From PVC group bacterium (GTDB lineage Bacteria; Auribacterota; Erginobacteria; Erginobacterales; Erginobacteraceae), in contig JAZDIV010000046.1 in the NCBI GenBank assembly GCA_043804695.1, positions 1-53,073 on the forward strand: a DNA stretch of 53,073 nucleotides. The letters run 5' to 3'. Under the pieces are notes generated by a model. It had not been told where the DNA came from, ran no database searches, and was given only the letters and a program-made list of their open reading frames with translations. Both the position numbers and the translations under genes were made by a program. Of the stretch, positions 27,268 to 37,311 are shown in pieces (position 1 is the stretch's first letter; every line of letters starts with the position of its first letter).

Positions 27268-28866
27268 TCAGTTCTCACCCTCTTTTGTCATCTCCCGGAG
27301 CCTTTCCAGTTTCTCCCGCGCTGGTCCCTCTTCGATAGCGGCCCTGGCTTTTTCAATCCCTTCTTCCAGGGTGGGAGCGGCCCCTCCCAGCATGATCACC
27401 GCCCCGGCATTGAGAAGCGCGACATCCGTCCGGGGGCCTTTCTTCCCCTCGAGGATCTCGAGAATGATCCGGGCGTTCTCGGCCGGCTCCCCGCCCTTCA
27501 GTTCGTCCGGGCGGCAGAGGGCCAGGCCGAACTGTTCGGGGCTGAACTGGAATGTCCGGACTTCTCCGTCCTTCAGCTCCGAAACGACCGTAGCCGTGGT
27601 CAGGGTTATCTCGTCGAGGCCGTCCGCCCCGTGGACCACCCAGGCCCGCTCGCTTCCCAGGTCGTTCAGGACCCGGGCCAGGGTCTCGGTCAATGCTTCG
27701 CTGTACACTCCGAGCAGCTGGACGGAGGCCCCGGCGGGGTTGGAGAGAGGGCCGAGGATATTGAAGATGGTCCGGATGCCGATCTCCCTCCGGGGGCCGA
27801 TCGCGTGTTTCATGGCCGCGTGGAGGAGTGGCGCGAAGAGAAAAGCGATCCCGATCTCGTCCAGGCATTTCTCCAGCACCTCCGGGGGCGCCATGATGTT
27901 GACCCCCAGCTCGCGGAGAACGTCGGCGCTCCCGCACCGGCTGGAGACCGAGCGGTTGCCGTGCTTGGCCACCGTGATCCCGGCCCCGGCCGCGATCAGG
28001 GCCGCGGCCGTGGAGATGTTGAAGGTATTGCTTTTGTCTCCCCCGGTTCCGCAAGTGTCGACCACCGTTCTCCCGGCCGGGGTCCTGATCCTCCGCGCCT
28101 TCTGCCGCATGATCCGGGCGCATCCGCTGATCTCTTCCACCGTCTCGCCTTTCAAGCGCAGCCCGGTGATGAACGCCGATATCTGGGCCGGCGTCGCGTC
28201 CCCGCTCATGACGGTCTCCATCACCCCGGCCGCTTCCTCCCGGGAGAGATTGATGCCGCTGATCACCTTATCGAGGGCGTCCTTGATCTGGATCTGCCCG
28301 GTCTTGCCGGAGATAAAATTATGGAGGAGGCGCTTGCCGTGCTGGGTGAGGATCGACTCCGGGTGAAACTGCACCCCCTCGACGGGGAACTGCCGGTGCC
28401 GGAGGGCCATGATCTCCCCGTCCGGCCCGCGGGCGCTGATCTCGAGTTCCGGGGGAAGATCCGCTTCATCGACGATCAGGGAGTGGTAGCGGGTGGCCTC
28501 GAAGGGGTTCTCCAGGCCGGAAAAGATGGTCTTCCCGTCGTGGGTGATGAGGGATGTTTTCCCGTGCATCAGCCGGTCGGCTCTTCTGATCGTCCCCCCG
28601 AAGGCGACCGCGATCGCCTGGTGCCCCAGGCAGACCCCGAGGATGGGGATTTTGCCCGCGAAACGGGTGATGATCTCCACGGAGAGGCCGGCCTCTTCGG
28701 GCCGCCCCGGCCCGGGGGAGATCACGATCGCCGCCGGGCCGATCGCCTCCGCCTCCTCGAGGGTCAGCTGATCGTTCCGCCTGACAATCACCTCTTCCCC
28801 CAGTTCTTCCAGGTACTGCTTCAGGTTGTAGGTAAATGAGTCGTAGTTATCGATCAGCAGGATCAT
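27268..28866 (-). CDS. trpGD: Bifunctional anthranilate synthase component II / anthranilate phosphoribosyltransferase (TrpG-TrpD fusion)
   Basis: [27 protein letters not shown], then [20 protein letters not shown] at 28866 overlaps the trpE stop. Confidence 0.96.
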   Translation of the reverse strand: MILLIDNYDSFTYNLKQYLEELGEEVIVRRNDQLTLEEAEAIGPAAIVISPGPGRPEEAGLSVEIITRFAGKIPILGVCLGHQAIAVAFGGTIRRADRLMHGKTSLITHDGKTIFSGLENPFEATRYHSLIVDEADLPPELEISARGPDGEIMALRHRQFPVEGVQFHPESILTQHGKRLLHNFISGKTGQIQIKDALDKVISGINLSREEAAGVMETVMSGDATPAQISAFITGLRLKGETVEEISGCARIMRQKARRIRTPAGRTVVDTCGTGGDKSNTFNISTAAALIAAGAGITVAKHGNRSVSSRCGSADVLRELGVNIMAPPEVLEKCLDEIGIAFLFAPLLHAAMKHAIGPRREIGIRTIFNILGPLSNPAGASVQLLGVYSEALTETLARVLNDLGSERAWVVHGADGLDEITLTTATVVSELKDGEVRTFQFSPEQFGLALCRPDELKGGEPAENARIILEILEGKKGPRTDVALLNAGAVIMLGGAAPTLEEGIEKARAAIEEGPAREKLERLREMTKEGEN

Positions 28867-30338
28867 GATAGTCCTCCTTCGGCCATCTGAACGGCCCGGA
28901 AGAGCGCCTGGGCCTTGTTCAAACATTCCCGGTGTTCGTTCTCCGGAACGGAGTCGGCCACGATCCCGGCCCCGGCCTGAATAAAGGCGGTTTTGTCCTT
29001 GACGATGATCGTCCGGATGGTGATGCAGGAGTCGAGGTTGCCGTCGAAGCTGAAGTAGCCCACCGCGCCCCCGTACGGGCCCCGCCGGACCGGTTCCAGT
29101 TCCTCGATGATCTCCATCGCGCGGATTTTGGGAGCGCCGCTGACGGTCCCGGCCGGGAAGGCGGCGGCAAAGGCAGTGTAGGCGTCCTGGGCCGGATCGA
29201 GTTTCCCCCGGACATCGGAGACGATATGCATGACGTGGGAGTACCGTTCAATGGACATCATGTCGGTGACCCGGACCGACCCGGGGATGGAGACCCGGCC
29301 CACGTCGTTGCGGCCGAGATCGACCAGCATGATATGCTCGGCCCGTTCTTTCGGGTCGGCCAAAAGCTCTTTCTCCAGCCGTCCGTCCTCGAGGGTGGAT
29401 ATTCCCCGGGGCCGGGTCCCGGCGATGGGCCGGACTCTGACCTCGTCGCTGACAACCTGGACCATGATCTCCGGCGATGACCCGATCAGGTAGAGGTTGT
29501 CGAACCGGAGAAAGAACATGTAGGGGGACGGGTTGATGGTCCGGAGGGCACGGTAGATATTTAGGGGCGGACAGCTGACCCCGGTCTGGAAGCGCTGGGA
29601 AAGCACCACCTGGAGGATGTCCCCGGCCCGGATGTGCTCCTGGGCGGTTTTGACGGCTTTTTCAAAATCTCTCGGTTTCATGTTGGAGGCAAGGTCTCCC
29701 CGAGGTCTGATCGGCGGCGGCTGAAAATAGGTCCCGGGGGAGGCGCTCATCAGCTGTCCGAGTACCGTCTCGATCCGCGAGACCGCCCCCGCGTACGCCT
29801 TTTCCGGGTCCCCCCCGATGTGGGCATTGGCGACGATCTTGAGTTTGTTCATCAGCCGGTCGAAGATGAGGATGGTGTCGGTGACCATGAAATAGAGCTC
29901 GGGAAGGTTCAGCTCGTCCAGGTTCTTCTCCGGGAGCTTTTCGAAGTAGCGGATGCAGTCATAGCTGATGTATCCCACCGCTCCGCCGGAGAAGGGCGGG
30001 AGGGTTTCATCCCTGACCGGCCGGTAGTTCTTGAGCAGCCCTTTCAGGAGCATTAAGGGATTGCTGGTCTGGAGCCTTCTGGTCCGGCCCCGTTCGCTGA
30101 TCTCCGCCTCGGTCCTGCGGCTCTTGAAGATCAGGGACGGGCTGCCGCCCAGGAAGGAGTATCGGCCGATCCCGCCCCCCGATTCCGCGCTTTCCAGCAG
30201 GAAGGCGAAAGGGGGGTCCCCCAGCTTCATGAACGCCGAAACCGTCGTCTCCAGGTCGGCCACCACCTCGGTGTAGACCGGCACCAGGTTCCCCTGGCGG
30301 GCTTTTTCCGAGAAGACCTTCAGATCCGGGTAGTACAT
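28863..30338 (-). CDS. trpE: Anthranilate synthase component I
   Basis: [44 protein letters not shown]. Confidence 0.97.
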   Translation of the reverse strand: MYYPDLKVFSEKARQGNLVPVYTEVVADLETTVSAFMKLGDPPFAFLLESAESGGGIGRYSFLGGSPSLIFKSRRTEAEISERGRTRRLQTSNPLMLLKGLLKNYRPVRDETLPPFSGGAVGYISYDCIRYFEKLPEKNLDELNLPELYFMVTDTILIFDRLMNKLKIVANAHIGGDPEKAYAGAVSRIETVLGQLMSASPGTYFQPPPIRPRGDLASNMKPRDFEKAVKTAQEHIRAGDILQVVLSQRFQTGVSCPPLNIYRALRTINPSPYMFFLRFDNLYLIGSSPEIMVQVVSDEVRVRPIAGTRPRGISTLEDGRLEKELLADPKERAEHIMLVDLGRNDVGRVSIPGSVRVTDMMSIERYSHVMHIVSDVRGKLDPAQDAYTAFAAAFPAGTVSGAPKIRAMEIIEELEPVRRGPYGGAVGYFSFDGNLDSCITIRTIIVKDKTAFIQAGAGIVADSVPENEHRECLNKAQALFRAVQMAEGGLS

Positions 30339-30480
30339 GGTTGTCTCCCTATAGTTATAACGTGCTGTTTGTCAATGGCACAAGAGGCTGTCGATGACTG
30401 AGAGTTAAGATATGAAAGTGCCTAAAGTTTAAAGTGACTAAAGTTTAAAGTGCCTAAAGTTGTCGATTATTTTTTCGCAG

Positions 30481-30525
30481 AAAAAATAATAGCCGCGGGC
30501 TCGCCTTTCAGGGGTGCCCGCGGCT
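30481..30525 (-). terminator. trp attenuator terminator
   Basis: 10-bp stem AGCCGCGGGC/GCCCGCGGCT followed by ATTATTTTTT, between the leader ORF and trpE. Confidence 0.8.
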
Positions 30526-30560
30526 CACGCTGATCTTCCGGAAAGGGAGGCGGACCCCGG

Positions 30561-30620
30561 CTAGCGCCGGGGCCAGCCCCGGTGGTAACTGAAGAGAACG
30601 TTTTCGGCTATGTCTCGCAT
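30561..30620 (-). CDS. trpL: trp operon leader peptide MRDIAENVLFSYHRGWPRR
   Basis: 19 codons with one Trp near the end, alternative CCGGGG/CCCCGG pairings, and the terminator downstream. Confidence 0.7.
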   Translation of the reverse strand: MRDIAENVLFSYHRGWPRR

Positions 30621-30658
30621 GGTGGTGTTACTATAAATAGAAACACCACCCCGGTCAA
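30621..30658 (-). promoter_or_regulatory. trp operon sigma-70 promoter with overlapping inverted repeat
   Basis: TTGACC (30658-30653)-17 bp-TATAGT (30635-30630). 9-bp arms GGTGGTGTT/AACACCACC flank the -10 box. Confidence 0.75.
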
Positions 30659-30756
30659 GATTATTTTTTAAATTTTCGGGAAAGAATTCAAAAGAGTTCT
30701 TGCAATGCCTGATCCGGATTTTCGCCTGGATTATTAATTGTTTTTCAATACACCGT

Positions 30757-30791
30757 AAAAAGCCGGGTCACGCAGGTGACCCGGCTTTTTT
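30757..30791. terminator. Intrinsic (bidirectional) terminator after the tRNA
   Basis: AAAAA-GCCGGGTCAC-GCAG-GTGACCCGGC-TTTTTT. Confidence 0.9.
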
Positions 30792-30792
30792 A

Positions 30793-30865
30793 TGGAGCTG
30801 AGGGGGTTCGAACCCCTGACCCCATGGCTGCCAGCCATGTGCTCTCCCAGCTGAGCTACAGCCCC
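30793..30865 (-). tRNA. tRNA-Ala(GGC), CCA not encoded
   Basis: GGGGCTGTAGCTCAGCTGGGAGAGCACATGGCT-GGC-AGCCATGGGGTCAGGGGTTCGAACCCCCTCAGCTCCA with a G3:U70 pair. Confidence 0.97.
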
Positions 30866-30915
30866 TTATTATTTTTCCTCGTGTCCGAATAATCGGACAC
30901 GAGGAAAAATAATAA
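30866..30915. repeat. Perfect 23-bp inverted repeat abutting the tRNA 5' end
   Basis: TTATTATTTTTCCTCGTGTCCGA-ataa-TCGGACACGAGGAAAAATAATAA. Confidence 0.95.
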
Positions 30916-31158
30916 ACGAAAATAATGGTAAAGATACTCTTTAAGTCAATCAGAAATCAAAGACGCAATAACACGGCTGCGGTTATCTCGTAATGGCGAT
31001 GCCATTGCGGTACGCCTTATCCCGCCCTCCTTGATTGACATTATTCCCCCGTTTGATTTAGAGAGAGGAAAAGCTATCACGGATCCAGCCAAGGGTCAAT
31101 AACGGAAAAAGGGAAAATCGCGGGTGAAAAAAGTTTTGCCGGGTGATATAGTAATTGC

Positions 31159-32787
31159 ATGAATAGTTCGATCTTCCATCCGTTTTTTCCGGGCAGGATA
31201 CTTATCAGGGCGATCAGCTGGTTTTTATTCCTCCTCTCCCTCCCTGCCTGTTCCGGGGAGACGTCCGGCGGGAAATCCGAAGAACCGGGGAAGGACATCC
31301 GGACCCCGGCGGCGGCGGGCGGCTTCTACCCCGCCGATCCCGCTCAGCTGACCCGGATGATCGACGGTTTCCTGGAGGAGGCCGGCAGTAAAAAACCGGA
31401 GGGGAAGATCATCGCCCTGATCGCCCCCCACGCCGGGTATCCCTATTCGGGCCGCACCGCCGCCCGCTCCTTCGCCCTTCTGAAAGGGACGGGGGTAAAG
31501 ACGGTTTTTTTGATCGGATGCTCGCACAAAGCTTACTTCCCGGGGGTCTCGGTTTACGGTGGCGACGGCTACCGGACACCGCTGGGCGTGGTACCTGTCA
31601 ACAAGGGGCTGTCGGAATGGATCAGGGAACAGGACTCGAATATTGCCTATTACCCGGAAGCTCACGGTCAGGAGCATTCCCTGGAGGTCGAGCTTCCCTT
31701 TCTTCAGCGGGTGCTCCCTGATTTCTCCGTGGTGCCGATCCTGATCGGGCAGACGGATCAGAAGACGGTCGGGAAGCTGGGGGAGGTTCTGGCCGGAGCG
31801 ATGAAGAGGGCGCCGGATCCGGTGATCGTCTGCAGCACCGACCTGACCCACTATCCTCCCGAGAAGAACGCTCGGCGGATCGACCGGGAGACCCTGGAGG
31901 CGATCGCCTCGATGAACCGGGAGGCGGTCGTGGCGGTCCGGAAAAAGTACATTCCCGGCCCGATCCCCAACCTGGTCTGCGCGATGTGCGGGGAAGAAGC
32001 GGTTCTCGCCGTCATGGAAGCGGCGGAGCTGCTGGGGGCGGACCGGGCGGAGATTCTGGACTACTCGAACTCCGGCGATGCCTCTTTCGGCGACAGGAAC
32101 CGGGTGGTCGGTTACGGGGCGGTCGCTTTTATCAAATCGGCTGAACCCGGCAGTCCCACCGAACAAACGGGAGCCGGGAACAATAAACCTGTTCAGGAGA
32201 CTGCGATGACCGATGAAATGAAGGATAGGGAAGGATTGAGCCGGGAAGCCCGCCGGCATCTGCTGGAGATCGCCCGGCAGGCCCTGACCGAGGCGGTCAG
32301 CGGCCGGCCGCTCTCCACCGCCCCGGTGGACGATCCCGAATTGCAGGGGCACCAGGGGGCGTTTGTCACGCTGACGGAAAAGGGCCGGCTGCGGGGTTGC
32401 ATCGGGCAGTTCACGGCCGACCGCCCGCTCTACCAGGTGGTCCGGGAGATGGCGCAGGCTTCGGCGCTGCGGGATACCCGGTTTCCCCGGGTTCAGCCCT
32501 CGGAGCTTTCCGAGATCTCGGTCGAGATCTCGGTCCTCTCGCCGATGCGGCGGATCGCCGATCCGATGAAAGAGGTGGAGCTGGGAAAACACGGCATCTA
32601 CATCAAGCGGGGTTGGCAGACCGGAACCTATCTCCCGCAGGTGGCCACGGAACACCACATGTCAAAAGAGGAGTTCCTCTCCTCCTGCACCGCCCACAAG
32701 GCCGGCCTTCCCCCCGACGCCTGGAAAGACCCGGAGACCGAGGTTTATGTGTACACCGCAGAGGTTTTTGGAGAGAGCGAGGAGTAA
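31159..32787 (+). CDS. amrB: AmmeMemoRadiSam protein B (MEMO1) - protein A (AMMECR1) fusion
   Basis: MEMO1 motifs R.PA.AG.FYP, APHAGY.YSG, EHSLEVELPFLQ, STDLTHY; AMMECR1 motifs GAFVTL...LRGCIG, D.RF, TYLPQVA. Confidence 0.92.
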   Translation: MNSSIFHPFFPGRILIRAISWFLFLLSLPACSGETSGGKSEEPGKDIRTPAAAGGFYPADPAQLTRMIDGFLEEAGSKKPEGKIIALIAPHAGYPYSGRTAARSFALLKGTGVKTVFLIGCSHKAYFPGVSVYGGDGYRTPLGVVPVNKGLSEWIREQDSNIAYYPEAHGQEHSLEVELPFLQRVLPDFSVVPILIGQTDQKTVGKLGEVLAGAMKRAPDPVIVCSTDLTHYPPEKNARRIDRETLEAIASMNREAVVAVRKKYIPGPIPNLVCAMCGEEAVLAVMEAAELLGADRAEILDYSNSGDASFGDRNRVVGYGAVAFIKSAEPGSPTEQTGAGNNKPVQETAMTDEMKDREGLSREARRHLLEIARQALTEAVSGRPLSTAPVDDPELQGHQGAFVTLTEKGRLRGCIGQFTADRPLYQVVREMAQASALRDTRFPRVQPSELSEISVEISVLSPMRRIADPMKEVELGKHGIYIKRGWQTGTYLPQVATEHHMSKEEFLSSCTAHKAGLPPDAWKDPETEVYVYTAEVFGESEE

Positions 32788-32821
32788 CGAGGGCGGATTC
32801 GTAGATTATACAGTGTGGTAT

Positions 32822-32900
32822 AGTAAGCGGTAAGCGGTGAGCAGTAAGCAGTAAGAAGTAGCCCGGCCCACCGCTTACCGCTTACCGCTTACTGCTTACC
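32822..32900. repeat. Inverted heptamer repeat block
   Basis: (A/G)GTAAGC runs followed by GCTTACC runs. Confidence 0.85.
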
Positions 32901-32927
32901 ATCTGATAAATATTCACTTCCCATATC

Positions 32928-33791
32928 ATGCGTATCGGTGCCCATATCTCCATTGCTGGCGGTGTTCACAAGGCGGTGGACCGGGCCCGGGCCGCCGGCT
33001 GCGAGGCGATCCAGATCTTCAGCGGCAACCCTCGGGGCTGGAAGATCGTTCCCTGCGATCGGAAGGAGACCGGGAAGTTCCGCCTCCGCTGCCGGGAGGA
33101 AGAGATCTACCCGGTGATCATCCATTCGCCCTACCTGATCAACCTCTCTGCCCCGGATGAAACGATCTACTGGAAGTCATTGACCGCCTTTCAGGACGAT
33201 CTTTGGCGGTCGGATCAACTGGGGGCGGACGGTTTCGTCATCCACGTCGGCTACCACCGGGGGGAGGGGCCGGAGGCCGGGATCGGAAAGATGGCCGCCG
33301 CGCTGGCCGAGACGCTGGCAGCTAACCCGGGACTGCGGACCAGAATCCTGATCGAAAATACCGCCAGCGCCGGGTCCAGCCTCGGCCACCGGTTCGAGTT
33401 GATCGCCGAGATCATGGAAAGGTCCGGGGAGGGGGAGCGGCTCGGCCTCTGCTTCGACACCTGCCACGCCTATGTCTCCGGGTACGATGTCGCGACCGCC
33501 CGGGGGCTGGACGGCACGATCGAGGAGATCGACCGCCTGATCGGGCTCGACCGCCTTCACGTCGTCCACTTCAACGACAGCAAGTACGGACTCGGCTCCC
33601 GGCGCGACCGGCACGAGCATATCGGCCAAGGCAAGATCGGACTGGCCGGGATGCGGAGGATCGCCCGGCACCCCGCCCTCCAGGATAAAATCTTCATCAT
33701 CGAGACCCCGAAAAAAACCCCGGAAGACGATCCTCGCAATGTCGCCCTTTTGAAATCGTTCCGCGTAAGAAATTCCCGGGCAACAAGGTAA
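32928..33791 (+). CDS. nfo: Endonuclease IV
   Basis: GAHISIAGG, HSPYLINL, IENTA, CFDTCH, HFNDSK, DRHEHIG, IETP. Confidence 0.96.
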   Translation: MRIGAHISIAGGVHKAVDRARAAGCEAIQIFSGNPRGWKIVPCDRKETGKFRLRCREEEIYPVIIHSPYLINLSAPDETIYWKSLTAFQDDLWRSDQLGADGFVIHVGYHRGEGPEAGIGKMAAALAETLAANPGLRTRILIENTASAGSSLGHRFELIAEIMERSGEGERLGLCFDTCHAYVSGYDVATARGLDGTIEEIDRLIGLDRLHVVHFNDSKYGLGSRRDRHEHIGQGKIGLAGMRRIARHPALQDKIFIIETPKKTPEDDPRNVALLKSFRVRNSRATR

Positions 33792-33860
33792 TATAGCGGT
33801 TGATATGGGGGCGAAGACTATCTACTATTATCGGGTTACGCATGAGACCGGGAAATTTTG

Positions 33861-36482
33861 ATGCGATACGATTTTAAAAAGATTGAGCCGAAGTGGCAGG
33901 AACACTGGCGGGAGATGAAGCTCTTCACGGCCCGCGATTTTTGCGAAGGTAAAGAGAAATTCTACTGCCTGACGATGTACCCCTACCCGTCCGGGGTGCT
34001 TCACATGGGGCACGTCATCAACTATACCCTCGGCGACGTGGTCGTCCGCTATCAGATCCTGCGGGGGTTCAACGTCCTCTCCCCGATGGGCTGGGACTCG
34101 TTCGGCCTCCCGGCCGAGAACGCGGCCCGGAAACAGGCGGCGGCGGCTCGAATAAGAGGCGAAAAGCCGCTCCACCCGGCCCGGTTCACCGAGCAAAATA
34201 TCGCCCACATGAAGACCCAGATGGACCGGGCGGGGTGGGGGTATGACTGGAGCCGGGAGCTGGCGGCCAGCCGCCCCGGCTATTATCGCTGGACCCAGTG
34301 GCTCTTCCTCCTTTTCTACCGGAACGGCCTGGCGGGAAAAAAGGTGGCGCCGGTCAACTGGTGCGGGTCCTGCGGGACGGTGCTGGCCAACGAGCAGGTG
34401 ATGGCGGACGGCACCTGCGAGCGCTGCGGCTCCCCGGTGGTCCAGAAGGATCTCAACCAGTGGTTCTTCACGATGAGCCGGTACGCCCAGCAGCTTCTCG
34501 ACGGCCATCGGGAACTGAGGGGAGGCTGGCCGGAGAAGGTGATCAGGATGCAGGAGGAGTGGATCGGCCGGTCGGAAGGGGCCCGGGTGATCTTCACGGT
34601 CAGTGAGACCGGGGAGGAACTTCCCATCTTCACCACCCGGCCCGACACCCTCTGGGGGGTGACTTTCATGTTGCTGGCCCCCGAGCACCCGCTGATCGAG
34701 AAGCTGATGAAAGGGACCGACCGGGAGGTGGAGGTGATGGCGGCGGTCCGGAAAATGCGCACCCAGGGGACCGGCGCCCGGCAGCTTGTCGACCTGGAGA
34801 AGGAAGGGATCTGGACCGGCTTCCACGTCACCAACCCGGTCAACGGGCAGCAGGTCCCCCTCTGGGTGGCCAACTTCGCCCTGATGACCTACGGGACCGG
34901 CGCGGTGATGGCGGTCCCGGCACATGACCAGCGAGACTTCGAGTTCGCCCGGAAGTACGGCCTCCCTGTCCGGGTGGTCATCCGGCCGGAAGGCGATCCG
35001 CTTGACCCGGCCCGGATGTCGCAGGCCTACGTCGACCCCGGCGTCATGGCCGATTCGGGACCGTTCACCGGCCGTCTGAACACGGAAGCGATGGGGGAGA
35101 TCGCCTCCTGGCTGAAGAGCAAGGGGATCGGCGGACCCACGGTGCAATACCGGCTGCGGGACTGGCTTCTCTCCCGCCAGCGCTACTGGGGAGCGCCGAT
35201 CCCGATCGTTTACTGCGAGACATGCGGCGAGGTGCCGGTCCCCGAGGCAGACCTGCCGGTCGAACTGCCCCTCGACGTTGATTTCGAAAAGCCCGGCAAC
35301 CCCCTGGAGATGAGCGAATCATTCATACACTGCTCCTGCCCCCGCTGCGGCGGCCCCGGCCGCCGGGAGACGGACACGATGGATACCTTTGTCGACAGCT
35401 CCTGGTACTTTCTCCGCTATTGCTCCCCCGGAGAGGAGAACGCTCCCTTCGACCGGGAGCTGGTCCGCTTCTGGATGCCGATCGATCTCTATATCGGAGG
35501 GATCGAGCACGCCACCATGCACCTGATTTACTTCCGGTTCTTCACCCGGGTTCTCCATGACCTCGGCTTCCTCGATTTCCAGGAGCCGGCCCGGCGCCTC
35601 TTCTGCCAGGGGATGGTCTGCAAGACCGCCTATTACTGCGAGCGGTGCAAGTGGATACCGGAAGAGAAGGTGGAGGGAGGGAGCCGGGAAGGGGACGAGA
35701 TCGTCGGGGGGCGGTGCGCTGCCTGCGGTGGGCCGGTCCGGGGCGAGATGACCAAGATCAGCAAATCGAAGCTCAACATCGTCGACCCCGACCGGATGAT
35801 GGATAAATACGGGGCCGACTGCGTCCGCCTTTACATGCTCTCCGACACCCCCCCCGATCAGGACCGGGCCTGGAGCGACGAGCGGATGCAGGGGGCGTGG
35901 CGTTTCCTGAACCGGCTCTGGGACACCGTCGTTCCGGCCGCCGCCGTCCTGCAGGACCCCGGCCTGGCCATCCCCCCCGACCTCGATGACGGGAGCAAAG
36001 AGCTCCGCCGCCGGACCCACACCAGCATCAGGAAGGTCACCGAGGCGATCGAGGGCGGGTTCCGCTTCAATACCGCCATCTCTTCGGTGATGGAGCTGCT
36101 GAACCTGGTTCGTTCGCCGGGGAACGTCCATCCGGCGGCTCTGCGGGAAGCGATCGAGAGCATGCTGATCCTGATCGCCCCCATCACCCCCCACTTCTGC
36201 GAGGAACTCTGGAGCCTGCTCGGCAACCGGGAGAGCATCTTCCTCGCTTCCTGGCCCCGGGTGGAGACGGCGGCCCTTCGGGTGGAGGAGGTGACGATCG
36301 CCGTCCAGGTCAACGGCAAGGTCCGCAGCCGCCTCACCGTCCCCTCGGATGCGGATGAAGAAGCGGTGAAGACGGCGGCGCTGGCGGACGGGAAAATCAG
36401 GCAGAACCTCGAGGGGAAAGAGATCGTCAGGGTCATCGTCGTCCCCCGCCGCCTGGTGAATATAGTCGTGAAAAGTGCCTAA
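33861..36482 (+). CDS. leuS: Leucine--tRNA ligase
   Basis: MYPYPSG..HMGH, FTTRPDT, GTGAVMAVPAHDQRD, RETDTMDTF, GGIEHA, KISKS, VQVNGK. Confidence 0.98.
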   Translation: MRYDFKKIEPKWQEHWREMKLFTARDFCEGKEKFYCLTMYPYPSGVLHMGHVINYTLGDVVVRYQILRGFNVLSPMGWDSFGLPAENAARKQAAAARIRGEKPLHPARFTEQNIAHMKTQMDRAGWGYDWSRELAASRPGYYRWTQWLFLLFYRNGLAGKKVAPVNWCGSCGTVLANEQVMADGTCERCGSPVVQKDLNQWFFTMSRYAQQLLDGHRELRGGWPEKVIRMQEEWIGRSEGARVIFTVSETGEELPIFTTRPDTLWGVTFMLLAPEHPLIEKLMKGTDREVEVMAAVRKMRTQGTGARQLVDLEKEGIWTGFHVTNPVNGQQVPLWVANFALMTYGTGAVMAVPAHDQRDFEFARKYGLPVRVVIRPEGDPLDPARMSQAYVDPGVMADSGPFTGRLNTEAMGEIASWLKSKGIGGPTVQYRLRDWLLSRQRYWGAPIPIVYCETCGEVPVPEADLPVELPLDVDFEKPGNPLEMSESFIHCSCPRCGGPGRRETDTMDTFVDSSWYFLRYCSPGEENAPFDRELVRFWMPIDLYIGGIEHATMHLIYFRFFTRVLHDLGFLDFQEPARRLFCQGMVCKTAYYCERCKWIPEEKVEGGSREGDEIVGGRCAACGGPVRGEMTKISKSKLNIVDPDRMMDKYGADCVRLYMLSDTPPDQDRAWSDERMQGAWRFLNRLWDTVVPAAAVLQDPGLAIPPDLDDGSKELRRRTHTSIRKVTEAIEGGFRFNTAISSVMELLNLVRSPGNVHPAALREAIESMLILIAPITPHFCEELWSLLGNRESIFLASWPRVETAALRVEEVTIAVQVNGKVRSRLTVPSDADEEAVKTAALADGKIRQNLEGKEIVRVIVVPRRLVNIVVKSA

Positions 36483-36493
36483 AGTGCGCTCAA

Positions 36494-37045
36494 GTGTCTA
36501 AAGTGCCTAAAGTTAATCGCTGGTCATCCTGGCTCCGGCTGGGAAACCTGACCCGGAAGGAAAAAGCGGCGCTGGCGGTCCTGGGCGCGGCCTTTCTCTG
36601 GGGTCTGGCCGGAGGCGGCCGGCAGGTCTGGCGCTCCTACCTGAGGAGCGTCGTGGCGCCTCCCGCGCTCTCCCGCGAGCTCCGGGAAGCGCTTCCCGAT
36701 CCGGAGTTCCTGGCTTTTCGCTCCCGCCCGCCCGCGCCCGGCCCGGCGGCGACCGGGGAGGCGGTTTACCTGACCCGGCCCCTGCTTCCCGGCGATGATG
36801 AGATAGAGACCGCCGAGGACGGCTGGATCTTCTTCCCCCGGCACTATTATACCACCGTCAACATCAACGAGGCCGATCTCGATGAGCTGACGACCCTCCC
36901 CGGCATCGGACCGGTCACCGCCCGGCGGATTCTCGAGTACCGTGACCGGTACGTCGGTTTCATCAAGCTGAAGTCCCTGAAAAAGGTGAAAGGGATCGGC
37001 GAGAAGACCCTGAGAATGCTGGAGGGGAGGGTGCGATTATATTAA
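36494..37045 (+). CDS. ComEA-like helix-hairpin-helix DNA-binding membrane protein
   Basis: N-terminal TM, VNINEAD..EL..LPGIGP..A..I..YR...VKGIGEK. Start is uncertain because it overlaps AAAGTGCCT repeats. Confidence 0.85.
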   Translation: MSKVPKVNRWSSWLRLGNLTRKEKAALAVLGAAFLWGLAGGGRQVWRSYLRSVVAPPALSRELREALPDPEFLAFRSRPPAPGPAATGEAVYLTRPLLPGDDEIETAEDGWIFFPRHYYTTVNINEADLDELTTLPGIGPVTARRILEYRDRYVGFIKLKSLKKVKGIGEKTLRMLEGRVRLY

Positions 37046-37103
37046 TGGTCCTCTATAATTTTGCGCGGGAAAATATAGGTCTTCTTTCCAGTATTACAAG
37101 TGG

Positions 37104-37257
37104 GAAATCCTAAATCCTAATATCGAAATCCTAAATAAATTTTAAATCCAAATGACCAAATGTTCCAAACATTGCGGATCTGGGTGCCATTTATTTGGAT
37201 TTTTGATTTTGGTCTTTTTATATTGTTTAGGATTTCGTATTTAGATATTAGGATTTT
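37104..37257. repeat. Inverted AT-rich heptamer repeat block
   Basis: AAATCCT-like runs, then complementary AGGATTT/GGATTTT runs. Confidence 0.75.
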
Positions 37258-37311
37258 AAAACTTACGAAATTTTCGAGTAAGTTTTAATCAACTTTTACC
37301 AACACAATATT

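Noticed and set aside
27268..28866. TrpG-TrpD fusion as a novelty
   Set aside because: Well-known architecture, for example E. coli TrpD.
30757..30865. Island integrated at tRNA-Ala
   Set aside because: A terminator and the trp promoter follow directly; I saw no duplicated tRNA 3' end and no integrase.
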